This document shows positions 22,801 through 37,800 of a stretch of 64,000 nt of DNA, piece after piece (position 1 is the stretch's first letter; the number at the start of each line of letters is the position of its first letter). The DNA comes from an uncultured bacterium (GTDB lineage Bacteria; Verrucomicrobiota; Verrucomicrobiia; Limisphaerales; UBA8199). The stretch spans positions 320,001 through 384,000 of the forward strand of contig CAVVMW010000018.1 of assembly GCA_963749495.1 (NCBI GenBank), written 5' to 3'. The notes under the pieces were generated by a model that was not told where the DNA came from, ran no database searches, and saw only the letters and a program-made list of their open reading frames with translations. A program made the position numbers and the translations under genes.

Positions 22801-25800
22801 GCGACAGCGCCGAGACCGATGCCAACCTCACGCACGACACCGAGGTGGATGTGGGCTCGAAAGCCACGGTGGCCGCGGGCGGCAACCTCGATATGCTCGC
22901 GACGGTGTATCTGGGAGGCTCGCTGGGTGCCTATAGCGAGGAGGGCGGCTTTGGCGTCGCTCCCAGCGCCAATGCCAACTACAACGTCGGCTCGAGCGAC
23001 AACCGTCAGACCGTCCAAGTCCTTGTTGGCAGCGGCGCGGTCGTCTCGGCGGAGAAAGTGGCCACGCTCAAGGCCGACCTCTGCACCGATGGCAATATCG
23101 GGGTGGCTGCCAAAGCCGATGCCCAGAGCAGCCTGCTTGCCGATGTGGACGGCCATTCCACTCTTACGGTCACCTCGCTCGCCCTGGTCGAGGTTGACTC
23201 CGGGGCGTCGGTCACCGGCCATGACCAGCTTCTGGTCTGGGCCGAACATGAGGCCATTGACAACATCATGCAGGGGGAGGCGGACGGGGGCGCTATCGCG
23301 TCGCACCACGAATCGGCCGAGTTGGACCCTGATACCCAGTCCAACATCGTCGGGCAGGCGGGCGCCACCTTCGCCTCGAGCGATCTCGTGGTGCAGGCCC
23401 GAGTCGAGCCGACGGCCATTACAATGGTGCAAGGGAACAATCCAGATCAGCCCTTCAATTGGACGCCCGTCCGCAGCATTGCTTTTGACTCGAATGTGAT
23501 TGCCCTGGCGGGCGATCCCTGGCTCACCGTGGATGCCTCCGGCAACGTGACGAGCGCCCACGTCAATTACCAGAGCACCGGCAGCCGGGTGATCGTTAGC
23601 TCGCTCAATGACAACAATATTCAGCCCGTCCAGTTCATCACCAACAGCCTTGATCCGCAATACCCCGCCGGTGTGATCACCGGCAGCCAATCCACAATCA
23701 CCTTCCGCCAGACCTTCAACAAGGTCACCATCATCAACAATTCGCAGAAGGACCTGGAAATCGATGGCATTGACGTCCTCAACCATTCGCCGTTGTCGGT
23801 CTCCATCTCGGTGGACGACGATTCGGGTTTCCAGTTTGCCATCGGTTACACCTTTGGCACGAGCTTGGTCCAGATACGCAACCAGGGCGCGGGCACGCCG
23901 GCCATTTACTTGCAGGGGCCAATCAACAATCCCATCGGCGAAACCGATATCTCAAATGCAACCGGCGACATCGTCTCTGCCGGCCCCTCGGCCGTCGTGC
24001 GGACCAATGTCTTCCATGTGGCGGCTACGGCGGGCAATGTGGGTTCGCTCACCACCCCGATACCGGTGCAACTGGTCCAAAGCCAGGGCCGCGCCATCGG
24101 CCTTGCGGGCACGGCCGGCAAGACGCTCTCGCTCGATCTCACTCCCACGGCGCGTGATCCCGCGGTGACATCTTTCAATTTGCCGTTCGATTCTCTCATC
24201 GCCGGCGGCGATTTGAATCTTATCTTCGAGGCAAGTGTGACGCAACTCGCGCTGGGCAGCACCCCCGTTTACTTCGCCAGCGTCTCGGAACCGTTGGTCC
24301 CCCAGATCACAGCGCCCGTCTTCGCCCATTTCCCGCCCGCGGGCAACGATGCCGAGCCCCACATTAACTTCGACCTCGGGCTGTTCGGCACGGCGGGGCC
24401 GACGCCGCAGACCATTAACACCGCCTACACCCTCAGCCTCGTCCAGGCCGGCGGGGACATCAATATCCTGGCCCGCCCGCAGACCACCACGATTACCATC
24501 ACCGGCAACACCAACATTCTTGCCTCCGGAAAGACCAACGTTCAGACCAATGGCAATATCACCCTGACCGAAACCAACGGGGATATGCGCGCAGGCACCA
24601 TCACCTCGACCGCCGGCAATGTTACCCTCACCGCCCCGGCCTCGATTGTGGATGCGAAGAACGACGGGACGACGAATGTCAGCGGCGCCAAGCTCACCTT
24701 CACGGCCATAAGCGGCGGCATTGGGGCATTCGGCGATCACCTCTCCATTGTCTCGACGTTGCTCAAGGCCACCGCGGTCCAGGACGTCTTCATCACCGAG
24801 GTTACGGGCGACTTGAATATTGATACGGTGACGACCTCCAGCGGGGTTACTCTGAACGGGGCGGCGCGGATTCTCGATGCCGATCAATCCAGCACCCTGG
24901 ATGTGTCGGGCAAATACGCCGTGCTCGTTTCCGGTTCGGGCGTCGGCCAATCCAACCATCCGCTTCAGACCCAGGTCCTCAACCTGGAAGGGAGCGGGGG
25001 GACCGGTGGATTTTGGCTGATGAACCAGGGCGCGCTCATCATCGGCAATATCACCAGCCTGGACGGCCTGGCGGCAACCGGGCCGATCATCGTTACGGCC
25101 GCCAGTCCCATAACGATTCTGGAGGATGTCATTTCCCAGAATGCCGTGTCTTTGACGGCGTCCGCGTCGGCGCAGCCTGGCAATGACTTGACCGCGCCCA
25201 ACCCGGTGAAGATCACCGGGCAATCGGTCACGCTAACCGCCGGTGGCAATGTGCGCCTCTCGCCTGGGTGCCTGGTTCAAGCCACTGGCGCCATCCTGGT
25301 CCAGGGGGGAGGCACCCTGACCGCCGATTACAGCGTGACCTTCAATGGGGGCACGGTGACCTTTGTCGTGCCTGGTGACGCCTACATCGGACCTAATAGC
25401 CTGGTCCACGCCGGCACCGCAATCAGCTTCCAGGAAAACAACTTGATGGTTGACACCGGGACAAAGATCCTCGGCGGGTCCTTACATGTCCAGTCCGGTG
25501 CCGACGTCACCCTCGAGCCCGGCACCGTTGTCAGAGCGACCGGCGACATCACCATACAGGACGAGAACCTGACCGTGTCCAAAGCCGTGACGGTTGACGG
25601 CGGAACGGTCAACCTGCTCTCCCGCACCAACATTTACGCCGGCCCGGATAGCTTGCTGCGGGCGGCCACGGATCTGGAGATCTGCGGCGCGGTCGGGAAC
25701 ACTCACGCCGGCGTCGGCACCCTCATCACCATTTATGGCCAACTCGCCGCGCCTCTTATCGATGTTAAAGGCGGCAAGAACAACGACACCATTGACCTGA

Positions 25801-28800
25801 ACCTCCAATCGCGCGTTGGCACCCTCAACGTCTATGAATATGGCGGCAATGACTACATCAGCGCCGACGCCGATCTGATTAATGGCGGCGATGGCAACGA
25901 TGTCATCTTTGGCGGTCCGGGGGCCAATACCATCGTGTGCGGGGCCGGGCAGAATTACATTGACGGGGGCGGCGGCGCCGATGTGATCACCTCGGGCACG
26001 GGTGACAGTGTGTTGATCGCCCGCGGCAATGCCGGCGCCACCATCACCGCCGGGGGCGGCAACGACGTCATCTACGGTTCCGGCGGTCCGGACACCATCC
26101 AGGGAGGCTCCGGCAACGACCGCATCTACGGCGGGAACGGAAACGACACGATTTACGGCGGCGGCGGCAACGACGTTATCGTGTGCGGTTCCGGCACGGA
26201 TTACGTCGAGGGCGGCAACGGCAATGACCTGATCGTGGCAGGGCCCGGAAATGACACCATCTACGCTTACGGCAAGAATAGCGCCGGCGATAACCACTCT
26301 ACCCACTACATCTATGGCGGTGGAAACACGCACATCTACGGGAGCGCCGGCAACGATTACCTTTTCGGCACGGGCAATGATGTGATTGTCCCGGGCGGCC
26401 CTGGCAGTTGGGTGCAGAGCGGTGGCAATTACGTGCCGCCGGACACGACTGTGCCGCCGATTCCCCTTGCTCCTGGAAATGCCACCAACAACCGGGCATC
26501 CGGCGCTTCCTTGCCCGATACCCCGAACGTTCCGGGATGCTGGACCGAGTTGTCGGGCTCGGGCAGCGCCACGGGGCTCAGCGGGGATTTGGGGGTGGCC
26601 ACCGACCCGACTATTGTCGCGGGGACCACCGGCCCGTTCGCCGCTTGGGCCGATGCGCGCAGCGGCAATTACGAGATTTACGTTGCCCAATACGCCTCCG
26701 GCCAATGGCAGGAGCTGGCCGGCAGTGCGGATTCGGGTGGCGTCACCAACACAGCGAGCCAGTCGCGCCGGCCGAGCATCACCCTGGGCGCGGATGGCGA
26801 GCCAATCGTCGCCTGGACCGAGTTCACGGGGACATCGAGCGACATCCGAGTGGCCCGCTACGATCCGACTGCCAACGGCGGCCACGGCGGTTGGGTCGCT
26901 TTGGGCAACTCGCTCAGCGGCGGCGGCATCAGCAATACCGGCGCGGCCGATGACGCCGTCGTCCTCAATACGTCGGCCGGGCCGGTGGTCCAGTGGCTGG
27001 ACAGCTCCAGCGGCGTCACTGAAGTCTATGCCAAACGATTCTCCGCCGGGGCTTGGAGCGCCCTAGGCACCGGCGCCGCCGGCGGCAGTGGGATTTCCGC
27101 ATCTGCCGCCAATGTGAGCGACCTGGCGGCCTGCACGGACGGCACCAAGGTCGCCGCCGCCTGGTCGCAGGCCGATCCCTCGGGACACCGCCAGGTTTAC
27201 GTGAAGGAATTCAACGGAACCGCTTGGAACCAGCTCAGTGGTTCTGCCTCCGGCACCGGGGTCAGCGCGAGCACCGGGGCCAGCCAAGCCCCGAGCGTGG
27301 CTTACTTGGGCGGGAGTCTTTTCGTGGCTTGGCAGCAGGAAGCCGGTCCCGGGCTGCTGCCCGTGAATATTTGTGCGGCCCAGTACACCAATGGCGCCTG
27401 GGCAGCGGCTGGAACCGGCGCGCTGAGCGCCGGCGGCGTTTCTCACAGCTCCGGCATGGCCACGCAACCCAGGCTGGCCGCCAACGACGGCAAACTCTGC
27501 CTGGCTTGGGTGGATAATGAACTTCAATCTCACACAGCCACCAGCCTGAATCTTTACACCGAGGTTTGGAACGGCACGAGTTTTGTTGAGGAAGCGCCTG
27601 GGGATGCGAGTTACCAGGGGATAGCCGCCGCCAGCGGGCAGTTCCGAACGCTCGCGCTCACTGTCGATCCCAGCGGCCACCCGTTCGTCGCCTGGGATGA
27701 TGCCGCCGCAGGGAGGCCGTGCGTCTATGTTCGAGGGAACACCTTCAATCTGCACCGCTTGTTTACAGCCGGCGGCTCGACCTCGATTCAATCCATCCTC
27801 GATACTCAGGGCCCGGGGCAAGGCGATGTGATTGTCGTCGCACCTGGGACCAACTCCGCTGGCGGGTTGAACATCACGTCCAAGGACGCGGGCGTGCTTA
27901 TCCTGGGCGCGCCCGATGGTTCGACAGGCATCCAGGGCACCATCTCGGTCACCGGCGCCGCCGGTGTGATTCTACAGCGGTTGACCATCGGGGGCGGCAT
28001 CAATGCCAGCGGCAGCGACCGATTGGCGGTGCTGGACGACACAATCAAGGGCGCCGGCTTGACGCTCAACGGCGGCGCCAATGTGAGCGTGGCCCAAGAT
28101 ACCTTTACGGGAACGACCGGCATCCAATTTGCCGCTCCGGCCAGCGGTTATGTCGGCGGCAACACCATCCAGGCCTCCGGCACCGGCCTGAACATCTCGG
28201 CGGCATTCAACGGGCTCATCTTTGGCAATGACATTTCTCAAGCGGCCACGGGCGTGGCGTATGCTGCCGCCGCGACGCTGAGCGCCAACCGTATCCACAA
28301 CAGCACGACCGGGGTCAATGTCACCACCGCGGACGAACCCAGCGGACTGGGCTTCGTTGGCGCCGCCCTGGCCAACCAGATTTACAGCAACCAGACCGGG
28401 GTGACGCTGGCCCCGGGCGCGCGCATGCGCGGCCAGCATATTTACAGCAACACCACCGGCGTGACTGGATCGGGCATCCTGGGCGGAGATGAGTTGGACA
28501 CGGCCAATGTGATCGAGGGCAATACGACCGGCGTTAACTTCAACGGTACGATTCAGTTCAATCGCATCGCCGGCAATGGCGTTGGCATCCTCGCCACCAA
28601 CACACAGATTATCGTCCATAACCTGATCTACCAGAACACCCAGGATGGCATTCTCGTTGACGATGTCGCTGATGTCCGCATCGTCAGCAATACCATCGAT
28701 TGTCCGCTGGGCGACGGCGTGCACCTGCAAAACGGCTCGGGCAACGTCGAGGTGCGCGACAATATCTTCTGGGCGCAAACCGGCTACGACCTCTACGTAG

Positions 28801-31800
28801 CCAATGACAGCCAGACCGGGTTCTTCAGCGACTACAACGACCTCTACGCGACCGGAACGGGCCGGGTGGCTTACTGGACCAAGGACTTTGTTGACATCCT
28901 CGATTTCCAGGCCGACGTTGCGGCCTTCGACCTCCATTCCATCGGGCGGACGGTCGTTAACCCGCAGTGGGCCGAGCCCAGATTCTATGACCGGGCCGGG
29001 GCTGACTACCGCGTCTTTGACATGGTCGCCGGCCAGCGATTCTCCAGCCCGACGGTGGACAGCGCGGACCCGCTGACGGACGAGGGCCTGCCGGCCTCCT
29101 ACACTAATCTGCTCACTAATCCAGGCTTCGAGGCGGGGGTAACCGGCTGGAACGTGGACGTGGGCGCGGCGACCCGCAGCAGCAACCCGGCGCCATTCTC
29201 CGGCGGCAGCTACTTCTTCGCTGGACAGAACCCTCAGGGATTCGCCCAACAAACCGTCAATCTTCAGGCCGCCGGGTTCACCGCGGCCCAACTCGACGGG
29301 CAGGGCCTGGTGGCCGTGTTTGGGGGCAGGGTCCGAAGCCTGGACGAGACCCCGCCGGACCAGGGCCAGATCAAACTGGAATTCCTCGACGCCAATAATG
29401 CGGTGATCGGGACCGGCGGCCTCAGCGTGGCGCAGAATCTCTCCGACCGCTGGGAGCTGATCGGCGGCCGTTTGCAACTGCCCCAGGGCACCCGCAGCCT
29501 GCTCTTCCGCTTTGAGGCCAACCGCATGTCGGGGACCGACAACAACAGCTTTCTTGACGGGGCCTTTGTCTATGTGCGGAACGACACGGTCGCGCCGGAC
29601 CAGGGCGCCTTGGGGAATACACCCGCCCAGAACACGAACTCGACTCGGACACACCTCGCGTTGCGTTTCCCCGATCTTTACACCGATTGGGAAAAGAACA
29701 GCCAGCACCTCATCCTTTGGAACTCGTATAATAACTCGAGCCAATCGAATGTCCGGATCGATCTTTACCAGGATGACCCGGTGCTGGGGCCCAAGCTCTT
29801 GACGACCATTGCGGCCTCGGTGCCGGACACCGGGAGTTACCTTTGGATTCCGTCGAACAGCGGCATCAATTATGGGACTTACGGCCTGCGCATTCAGATA
29901 TCGCTGGTCAATGACAAGTCTGTGGTGGACCGCGGCACGGAAACCTTCACCGTCCCTGAATCCGGCAGCACTTACTATGTCAATGGCGGGACCACCGCCA
30001 ACACCGAGTACACCACCGCCGTCGGGAGCAATCGCAACACCGGCAAGACCCCCGCGACTCCCAAGCCCAACCCGGTCAACGTCCTCCGCACCTATGACCT
30101 GAACAGCGGGGCGGTGCTCGACGTGGACACCGGGGTTTATCCGCTGATCTATCCCCTCGTGATGAGCGCCCGGCCTGGTGTCGGCCTGGGCACGGACTAC
30201 GGTTTCCTGCTGCGCGGACCGACCGACCTGTCCCGCACCGCCGAGTTCACGACAGCCATTCCGAACAACCCCAACCAGGTTCTGCTGCTGCTCGACAACG
30301 CGAACCTGATGCAAATCCGTTTCCTGACCCTGACGGGCGGCCAACATGGCCTCTACGCCACCGACGGCACGACCGGCCTGGTGGCTGAACGACTTACCGT
30401 TCGCAACAACGCCCAGGAAGGCATCCTCTTCGACAATGCCAGCAGCTTCACCCTGCTCAAGGACATCACCGTCTATGGTCACAGCGGTTACGATGGGCTG
30501 AGCATCAGCGACGGTGCCGGGGGCCTCATCCAGAACCTGGTGAGCTACGACAACCAAAACGGTCTTGACGTGGGCAATGTCCAGGCGCTGTCGGTCAGCG
30601 GCGCCAGGATTTATTCCAATTCCGCCGCCGGCGTGGAAGAGACGGGATTCGGCACTGCCACCTTTGATAGCCTCAGCGTTTATGGCAACGCTGTGGGCAT
30701 GGACCTCCATGGCTCCGCCACCATCACCAATTCCGAGGTGTTCGACAACGTTGGCGAGGGAATCTATGCCTATTTCAATCCTCTGACTTTGCAGAGCTCG
30801 AAGGTGCATGGGAACACGGATGGCGTAGTCATAGGCGCAGGCCAGATCACAAGCAGCCAGATTTATGGAAACACGGGAGCCGGCATCCGCGGCGATTACT
30901 TTCCCGTCACTATTACCGGCAACACGATTTGCTCCAACCAGTACGGCATCTTTCTCTCCACCCTCGCGGAGGGCACCTCGACTCTCTCGAACAACCTGAT
31001 TTACGCCGACTCCGACTCCGCAATTCACATCGAGCAGACAGAGTTGGGTGGCTTCGCGATTGTCAATAACACCATTTACGAACCGACAGCCAATGGCGTT
31101 TATGCCTCGGCCTCGGGTAACATCGCCTTGCGCAATAACATTATCTGGACTCAGCAAGGCTACGGCATTTACATCTCGAACGACAGCCAGACGGGGTTCA
31201 GCAGCGATTTCAATGACCTCTATGCCACCGGCAGCGGCAAGGTCGGTTACTGGCAGGCCGACCGTGCCACGCTGGCGGATTGGCATTATGCCACCATCCA
31301 GGACGCCGACAGCATGGGCGCGGACCCCTTGTTCGTGAATCCGGTCGGGGCGGACGCGGTGCTCGGCGCCCCCAACACCCAGGGCCTCACCGCTTCCTAC
31401 TACCCCAATGCCACCTGGACGGGTCCGGCGACCCTCACTCAAGTCGAGCGGCAGCCTGGCTACCAGGGCTCCGGACAGCCCGATCCATCCTTGCCGGCTG
31501 ACAACTGGTCCGGGGCGTGGCAGGGATTTATCAGGCTGGAAGCCGCGGGAGATTACACCTTCTACGTCAACTCGCTCGGGCCGCAGCAGTTGATTGTCAA
31601 TGGCCAGAGCCTCGTCAACGATGCCTCCGATCCGGGCGTCGAGCGCGCCGTCACCTATCATGCCAGCTCCGCCGGCTGGGTCAGCTTCATTTACAAAGCG
31701 GCCGATACCAGCGGCCAAATCAACGCCCAGGTCCAATGGGCCACGCCTTACTCTGGACGGGCCGCGCTCCTGCCCGGACAAATCTCAACCGCGTCCACGC

Positions 31801-34800
31801 ATCTCAATGGCGCGGATGATAATTTCCACGAGCAATCCCTTTACGGCAGCTTCAAGCCGGGCGTGGGATTCACCAACGACTCGCAACAAAGTCCTGCCAT
31901 CAACCGGGGCGACCCGAACGATTCGTTTGCCAACGAACCGGCCCCGAACGGCGGCTATATCAATCTTGGCGCCTACGGCAACACCACTGAAGCCTCGAAG
32001 AAGCCCGCCCAGTATATTCTCCTGATGAATCCGAACGGCGGCGAAAACCTTCAGCAACAGACGACCTACACCATCCGCTGGCGGTCGGATGGCTTTACAG
32101 GCAACGTCCATATCCAGTTCTCCTCCAGCGGCTATTCCGGGCCTTTTGCCGATATTGCCGCCAGCGCCGCCAATACCGGCTCCTACGCCTGGCCGATTGC
32201 GTCGGCGGCTTGCCCCGTCTCCGGCCAGTGCGTGATCCGCATCAGCTCCGTCGCCAACGCCTCGATCGCGGACACAAATAACGCCCCCTTCAGCGTGCTG
32301 GCTCCCATCACGAAATACTACGTCAACGACGGCGCCTATGATCCGGCCAAGGATCAGTACACCCTTGCTCCCGGCAACGATGCCAACGACGGCCTGACTC
32401 CCGGGACACCCAAGGCCACCATCAACGCCATCCTCTCGACCTATAACCTCACTTACGGCGATACCATCTTCGTGGATAGCGGTGTTTACAATCTCGCCAG
32501 CAACATTGTCATCGGCAATGCCCATTCCGGGGTCACGATTCAGGGGCCAACCCGGGCGGGCAGTGTCGCCTTGCTCAACCGCGGGAACCCTGCCTCTGGT
32601 TCCTATGCCTTCGAAGTGAACGCCGCCCAGGGCGTGACGCTGTCGAACTTGTCGATCACCGGCGCCTACGACGGCGTGTATGTGGATAATGGCTCGAGCG
32701 GCTTCACCCTGCAGAACTCGGCCGCCTATGGGAATGTTGACAGCGGGCTTGTCGTTGCGGATGCCCCGAGCGCCAACGCGACGGCCAAGGACAACGTGTT
32801 CTACGGAGACCCCTCGGATACCTCCGGCAATCGGCGCCAGACTTATGGGATTTACGGCATGGGGCAGGGCCTGACGCTCCTGCGCAACCTGGCCTGGTCC
32901 GACTCCGACACGGGCGTGTATGTGCTGGCGTCGGCCTACGAGGTTTCGGGCTGCGTGGTGCGCGACTGTCCGCGGGGGTTTTATCTGCAGGGCACCGATG
33001 CCGCGGGTAACAGCCAGGCCCACGACAACGTGGCCTATGGGATTGACAACAACGCCTTCGAGGTCCGCGGCTATGGCCAGGTGTATGACAACCAGGCCTA
33101 TGATTCCGATCAGGGCTTTTCAAACTTCGACTCGGCGGTGATTCACGACAATTCGGCCTGGGCCAACCGCATTGGCTTTAATGCGATCGGCGGGACCATT
33201 GCCAACAACCGCGCTTACGGCAATACCGACGGCATCTTTCTCAGCTACTTCTACAGCATAACCGTGACCGGCAACAGGGTTTACAACAACGCCGTGGGCA
33301 TTTATGCCATCACCAACGGGGCCAACAACGTCATCGCCAACAACCTCGTTTACAACGATACCCAAAAGGGCATCTACCTCGACAATGTGCAGACTGACAA
33401 CGGCACCATGACGGTCACCAACAACACGGTGATGGAGTCGAGTTGCAATGCGCTCGAGGTCGCGGGCAACAGCCAGAACGTCACCCTGGAGAACAACATC
33501 CTCTGGGCAGCGGGCAGCGGGAATTACGCGCTCGTGGTCGGCAACCTGGCCCAGCAGGGCTTTGCCAGCGATTACAATGACTTTTACGCCACCAATGGTG
33601 CGAAGCTGGGCTCCTGGCAGAGCGACTTCACGAGCCTGGCGGAGTGGCGTTACGCGCTGGGTCTTGACCAGCACTCGCTTTACGCTAACCCGCAGTTTGT
33701 ATCTCCGGCGGGGCCGGACGGCATCCTGGGCTACCAAAGCAGCGCGGGGTTGAAGTTCGAGTATTTTGGGAACAACAACTTTTCGGGATCGCCGGTGACG
33801 ACGTTGTATGATCGGGCGGTCTCGTTTGAAGAGACCGGGGGCGCCTTCCGGGGCCTGAACGGGCCGAATGACAACCAGAGTTTCCGGTGGACCGGCCAGG
33901 TGTATCTGGCCTCGGTGGGGGTTTATACTTTCGCCATCGACACCTTGAGCGCGCAGCGGTTGACGATTAACGGGACGGTGGTGGTGGATGATTTCACCAA
34001 CCCCTCGGGCAAGGAACAGCAGGGGACTTACACGGCGGCGGCGCCGGGTTGGGTGAGCCTGAAGCTCGAGGTGGTGGACTACAGCGGACCTACGGAGGCA
34101 TATCTGTATTGGGCAACGCCGGGCAACGGGGCGTTGCGGTTGCTGCGGGCGGAAGAAGCGGCAGTCGGAGGTGTGGTCCAGCCAGCCCTGCGCTATGACT
34201 CGGCGCCGGCGTCCACGGGTCTGGACGATGATTTCCATCTGTCCTCGACGGCGGGCAGCTATCATGGCGGGCAGTGGTTGAAGGACGCAGTGGATTCGCC
34301 GCTGATAGATGCGGGAGACCTGAACTCGCCTTACAGCCTGGAGCCCGGCGCCAATGGCGGCCGCACCAATCTCGGGTTCGAGGGCGACACTGCCGAGGCA
34401 TCTCATTCGCCGGCCCAGTTCCTGCAGTTGCTCTCGGCCGACGGGTTCGATAAATTCCGCATGGGTTCTCCGACTCTCATCACTTGGCGCAGCGTCGGCA
34501 TCGACTCATCGGCGCAGATTCAGATCAGCTTGAGCACCGATAACGGTGTGACCTACACTCCGATTGCCCTGACCCCGAACACCGGCGCCTATGCCTGGAA
34601 CCCAGGCGCGCAAACCCTCACCGGCCGCATCAGGCTCAGCTACACGACAACCGGGGGCGGCAGCATCCAGGATGCTTCAAGCAACAGCTTCGTGGTGGGC
34701 GCCGCCGGCCATGTCTATTACGTCAACGACGCCTCGCGCGCGGGTGACCAATACACCACCGCGCCGGGCTCCAATGCGAACACCGGCACGACCCCGGCCG

Positions 34801-37800
34801 ATCCCCTGGCCTCGCTGAGCGCCGTGTTTCACACCTATCCACTCCACTCGGGGGATGTTATTTACGTGGATACCGGCCTCTACTCCGAGCCGGCCAACAT
34901 CGTGCTCGGCGCGGCGCAAAGCGGTGTGACGATCCTCGGGCCCACGGGTGCGGGCGCGGTCCTCAACCGCGGCAACTCGTCCGCCGCCTCCTATGCCTTC
35001 GAGTTGGAGAACGCAGCGACCGTAACGCTGTCGAACCTGTCGATCACGGGCGCCTATGACGGCATCCACGTCGATAGCAGCTCGGCCAACCTCACCGTGG
35101 AAAACTCGGCGGTTTATGGGAACGCCGAATACGGCGTGGTGGTTGACGACAACGCCAGCGCCAGCCCGCTGATCAAGGGCAACCTGTTTTATGGAGACTC
35201 GGACACGGCGGTGTATGTCCGTGCCCCGGCGTATGAGGTCGCAGGCAACGTGGCGCGGGACTGCGGGCGGGGGTTCTACCTGGACGATGCGGACGCGCCA
35301 GTGAACGGCAAGGCCCACGACAACGTGGCCTATGGGATCGACGGCAACGCCTTCGAAGTGCGAGGCTCCGGCCAGGTGTACAACAACCAGGCCTATGATT
35401 CAGGGCGCGGTTTTGTGGTTTATGACTCGGCAGTGGCCCATGACAATTCAGCCTGGGCCGACACCACCGGGTTCTACGGGGTGAGCGGGACCATTGCCAA
35501 CAACCGCGCCTACGGCAACACCAAAGGCATTTGGCTCACCAGCTACATCACGGCGCCGGTCGGGCAGGCGGTGACCGTGACCGGCAACCAGGTTTACAAC
35601 AACGCCATCGGCATTTATTCCGATGCCGATATCGGCAACGACTACATCACAAACAACCTGGTGTACAACGATACCCAGAAGGGCATCTATCTCTACGATG
35701 TGCAGGACGACAACGGCACCATGACGGTGACCAACAACACGGTGATGGAGTTGAGCTGCAACGCGGTCGAAGTTGGCGGCGACAGCCAGAACGTCACCCT
35801 GGAGAACAATATCCTCTGGGCTGGGGGCAGCGGGAATTTTGCGCTCGTGGTTGGCAACCTGGCGCAGCAGGGCTTTGCCAGCGACTACAATGACTTTTAC
35901 TGCACGAGCGGCGCGAAGCTTGGGTCCTGGCAGAACGCCTTCACCACCCTGGCAGACTGGCGTTATGAGCTCGGGTTTGACTGGCACTCGCTCTACGCCA
36001 ACCCGCAGTTTGTGTCGCCAGCGGGGCCGGACGGCATCCTGGGCTACCAGAGCGGCGCCGGGTTGAAGTTCGAATACTTTGGCAACAACAGCTTTTCTGG
36101 CAGGCGGCGGCGACATTATACGACCGCGCCGTGGACTTCGGCCCGAGTTCAGGTACGTTCCGGGATCTGAACGGGCCGGAGAACAATCAGAGTTTCCGCT
36201 GGACCGGGCAGGTGTATTTGGCCTCGGCGGGGGTTTATACTTTTGCCATCAACACGCTGAGCGCACAGCGGTTGACCATCAACGGGACTGTGGTGGTGGA
36301 TGATTTCACCAATCCGTCCAAGACGCAGCAGCAGGGGACCTACGCCGCTACGTCGCCGGGTTGGGTGAGTCTGAAGCTGGAGGTCGTGAGCTACAGCGGG
36401 CCATCCGAGGCATATCTGTATTGGGCGACACCCGGCAACCAGACGTTGCGGTTGTTGCGGGCGGAAGAAACGGCGGTCGGAGGGGTGGCACAGCAGGTCC
36501 TGCGATATTCCTCGGCGGCGATGTCGCGGGGTTTGGACGATGATTTCCATCTGTCCTCGACGGCGGGGAGTTATCACGGCGGGCAGTGGTTGAGCGACGC
36601 TGTGGATTCGCCGCTGATAGATGCGGGAGACCTGAGCTCGCCTTACAATCTGGAACCCGGGGCCAATGGCAATCGCATTAACCTCGGCTTCGAGGGCGAC
36701 ACGCCGCAGGCCTCCAAATCGCACAGCATCCTGGTGCAGTTGCTCTCCTTCACCGGAGACCAAAAGGTCCTTCAAGGACAACCCTCGGTCATCCAATGGC
36801 GCACCATCGGGTTCCAGGCCGGGGACCTGCTCACGATACAATTCTCGAGTGACAACGGTGCAACGTTTACGACCCTGGGGACCCCGAGCGCCAATGCCGG
36901 CACCTTTGCCTGGACCCCAACCGTAGTTACGCTCTTGGGCCTGATTCGCCTGTCCAGCCCGAATCACGCCGGCGTCTCGGATGTTTCGCACACCACCTTT
37001 GTCGTTGGACACGCAACGAATGCCTTCTACGTCAATGACAACTCGCTGGTGGGCAACCAGTACACAACCGCCCTGGGCAACAATGCCAACAGCGGCGCCA
37101 CGCCGGGCGATCCCATGGCCTCGCTCAATGCGGTCTTGGCCGTCTATAAACCCGGAGCCGGAGACACGGTCTATGTGGACAGCGGCGTTTACAATCTGCC
37201 GACCAACGTGGAAATTACCGCCGCGGATTCCGGGGTCGTGATCGTGGGACCCACCTCGGGCGCGAACCTGGGGCCAGGCTATCAGGCGGTGACGCTGAGC
37301 GATTCGCCACTGGCCTATTATCAATTTGGCGAGGCCGCTGGCAGCGCAACCGCGGTGGATTCCTCAGGCCATCGTCTTGACGCAACCTACGTGGGAGGCG
37401 TTGCCTTGGGGAGCGCCGGCGCTGTCCTCGGCGACAAGAACACGGCCGCCAGCCTCGACGGCTCCACAGGCTATGTTCAACTGCCGGCGGGCTTCAGCAA
37501 TTGCTCCAATGGAATCACCCTCGAGGCCTGGGTTTACCCAACCGCCCTCAATTCCTCGCCGCATTTGTTCGACCTCGGCAATGGAGCGGCCAGTGACAAT
37601 ATCGTGCTCGAGGAGAACGGCCCGAATGGCGGCCTGCGTCTTCAGGTGTATAACGGATCATCCCCCGGCAACTCCGTGACCAGCTCCGGCGGGGCGCTGG
37701 CATTGAACCAGTGGCAGTTCATTGCCGTCACCATCGGGCGCGATGGCTCGGCCGTGATCTACAAGAACGGCCGGCCCATCAGCAGCGGCACGATCGAGGC

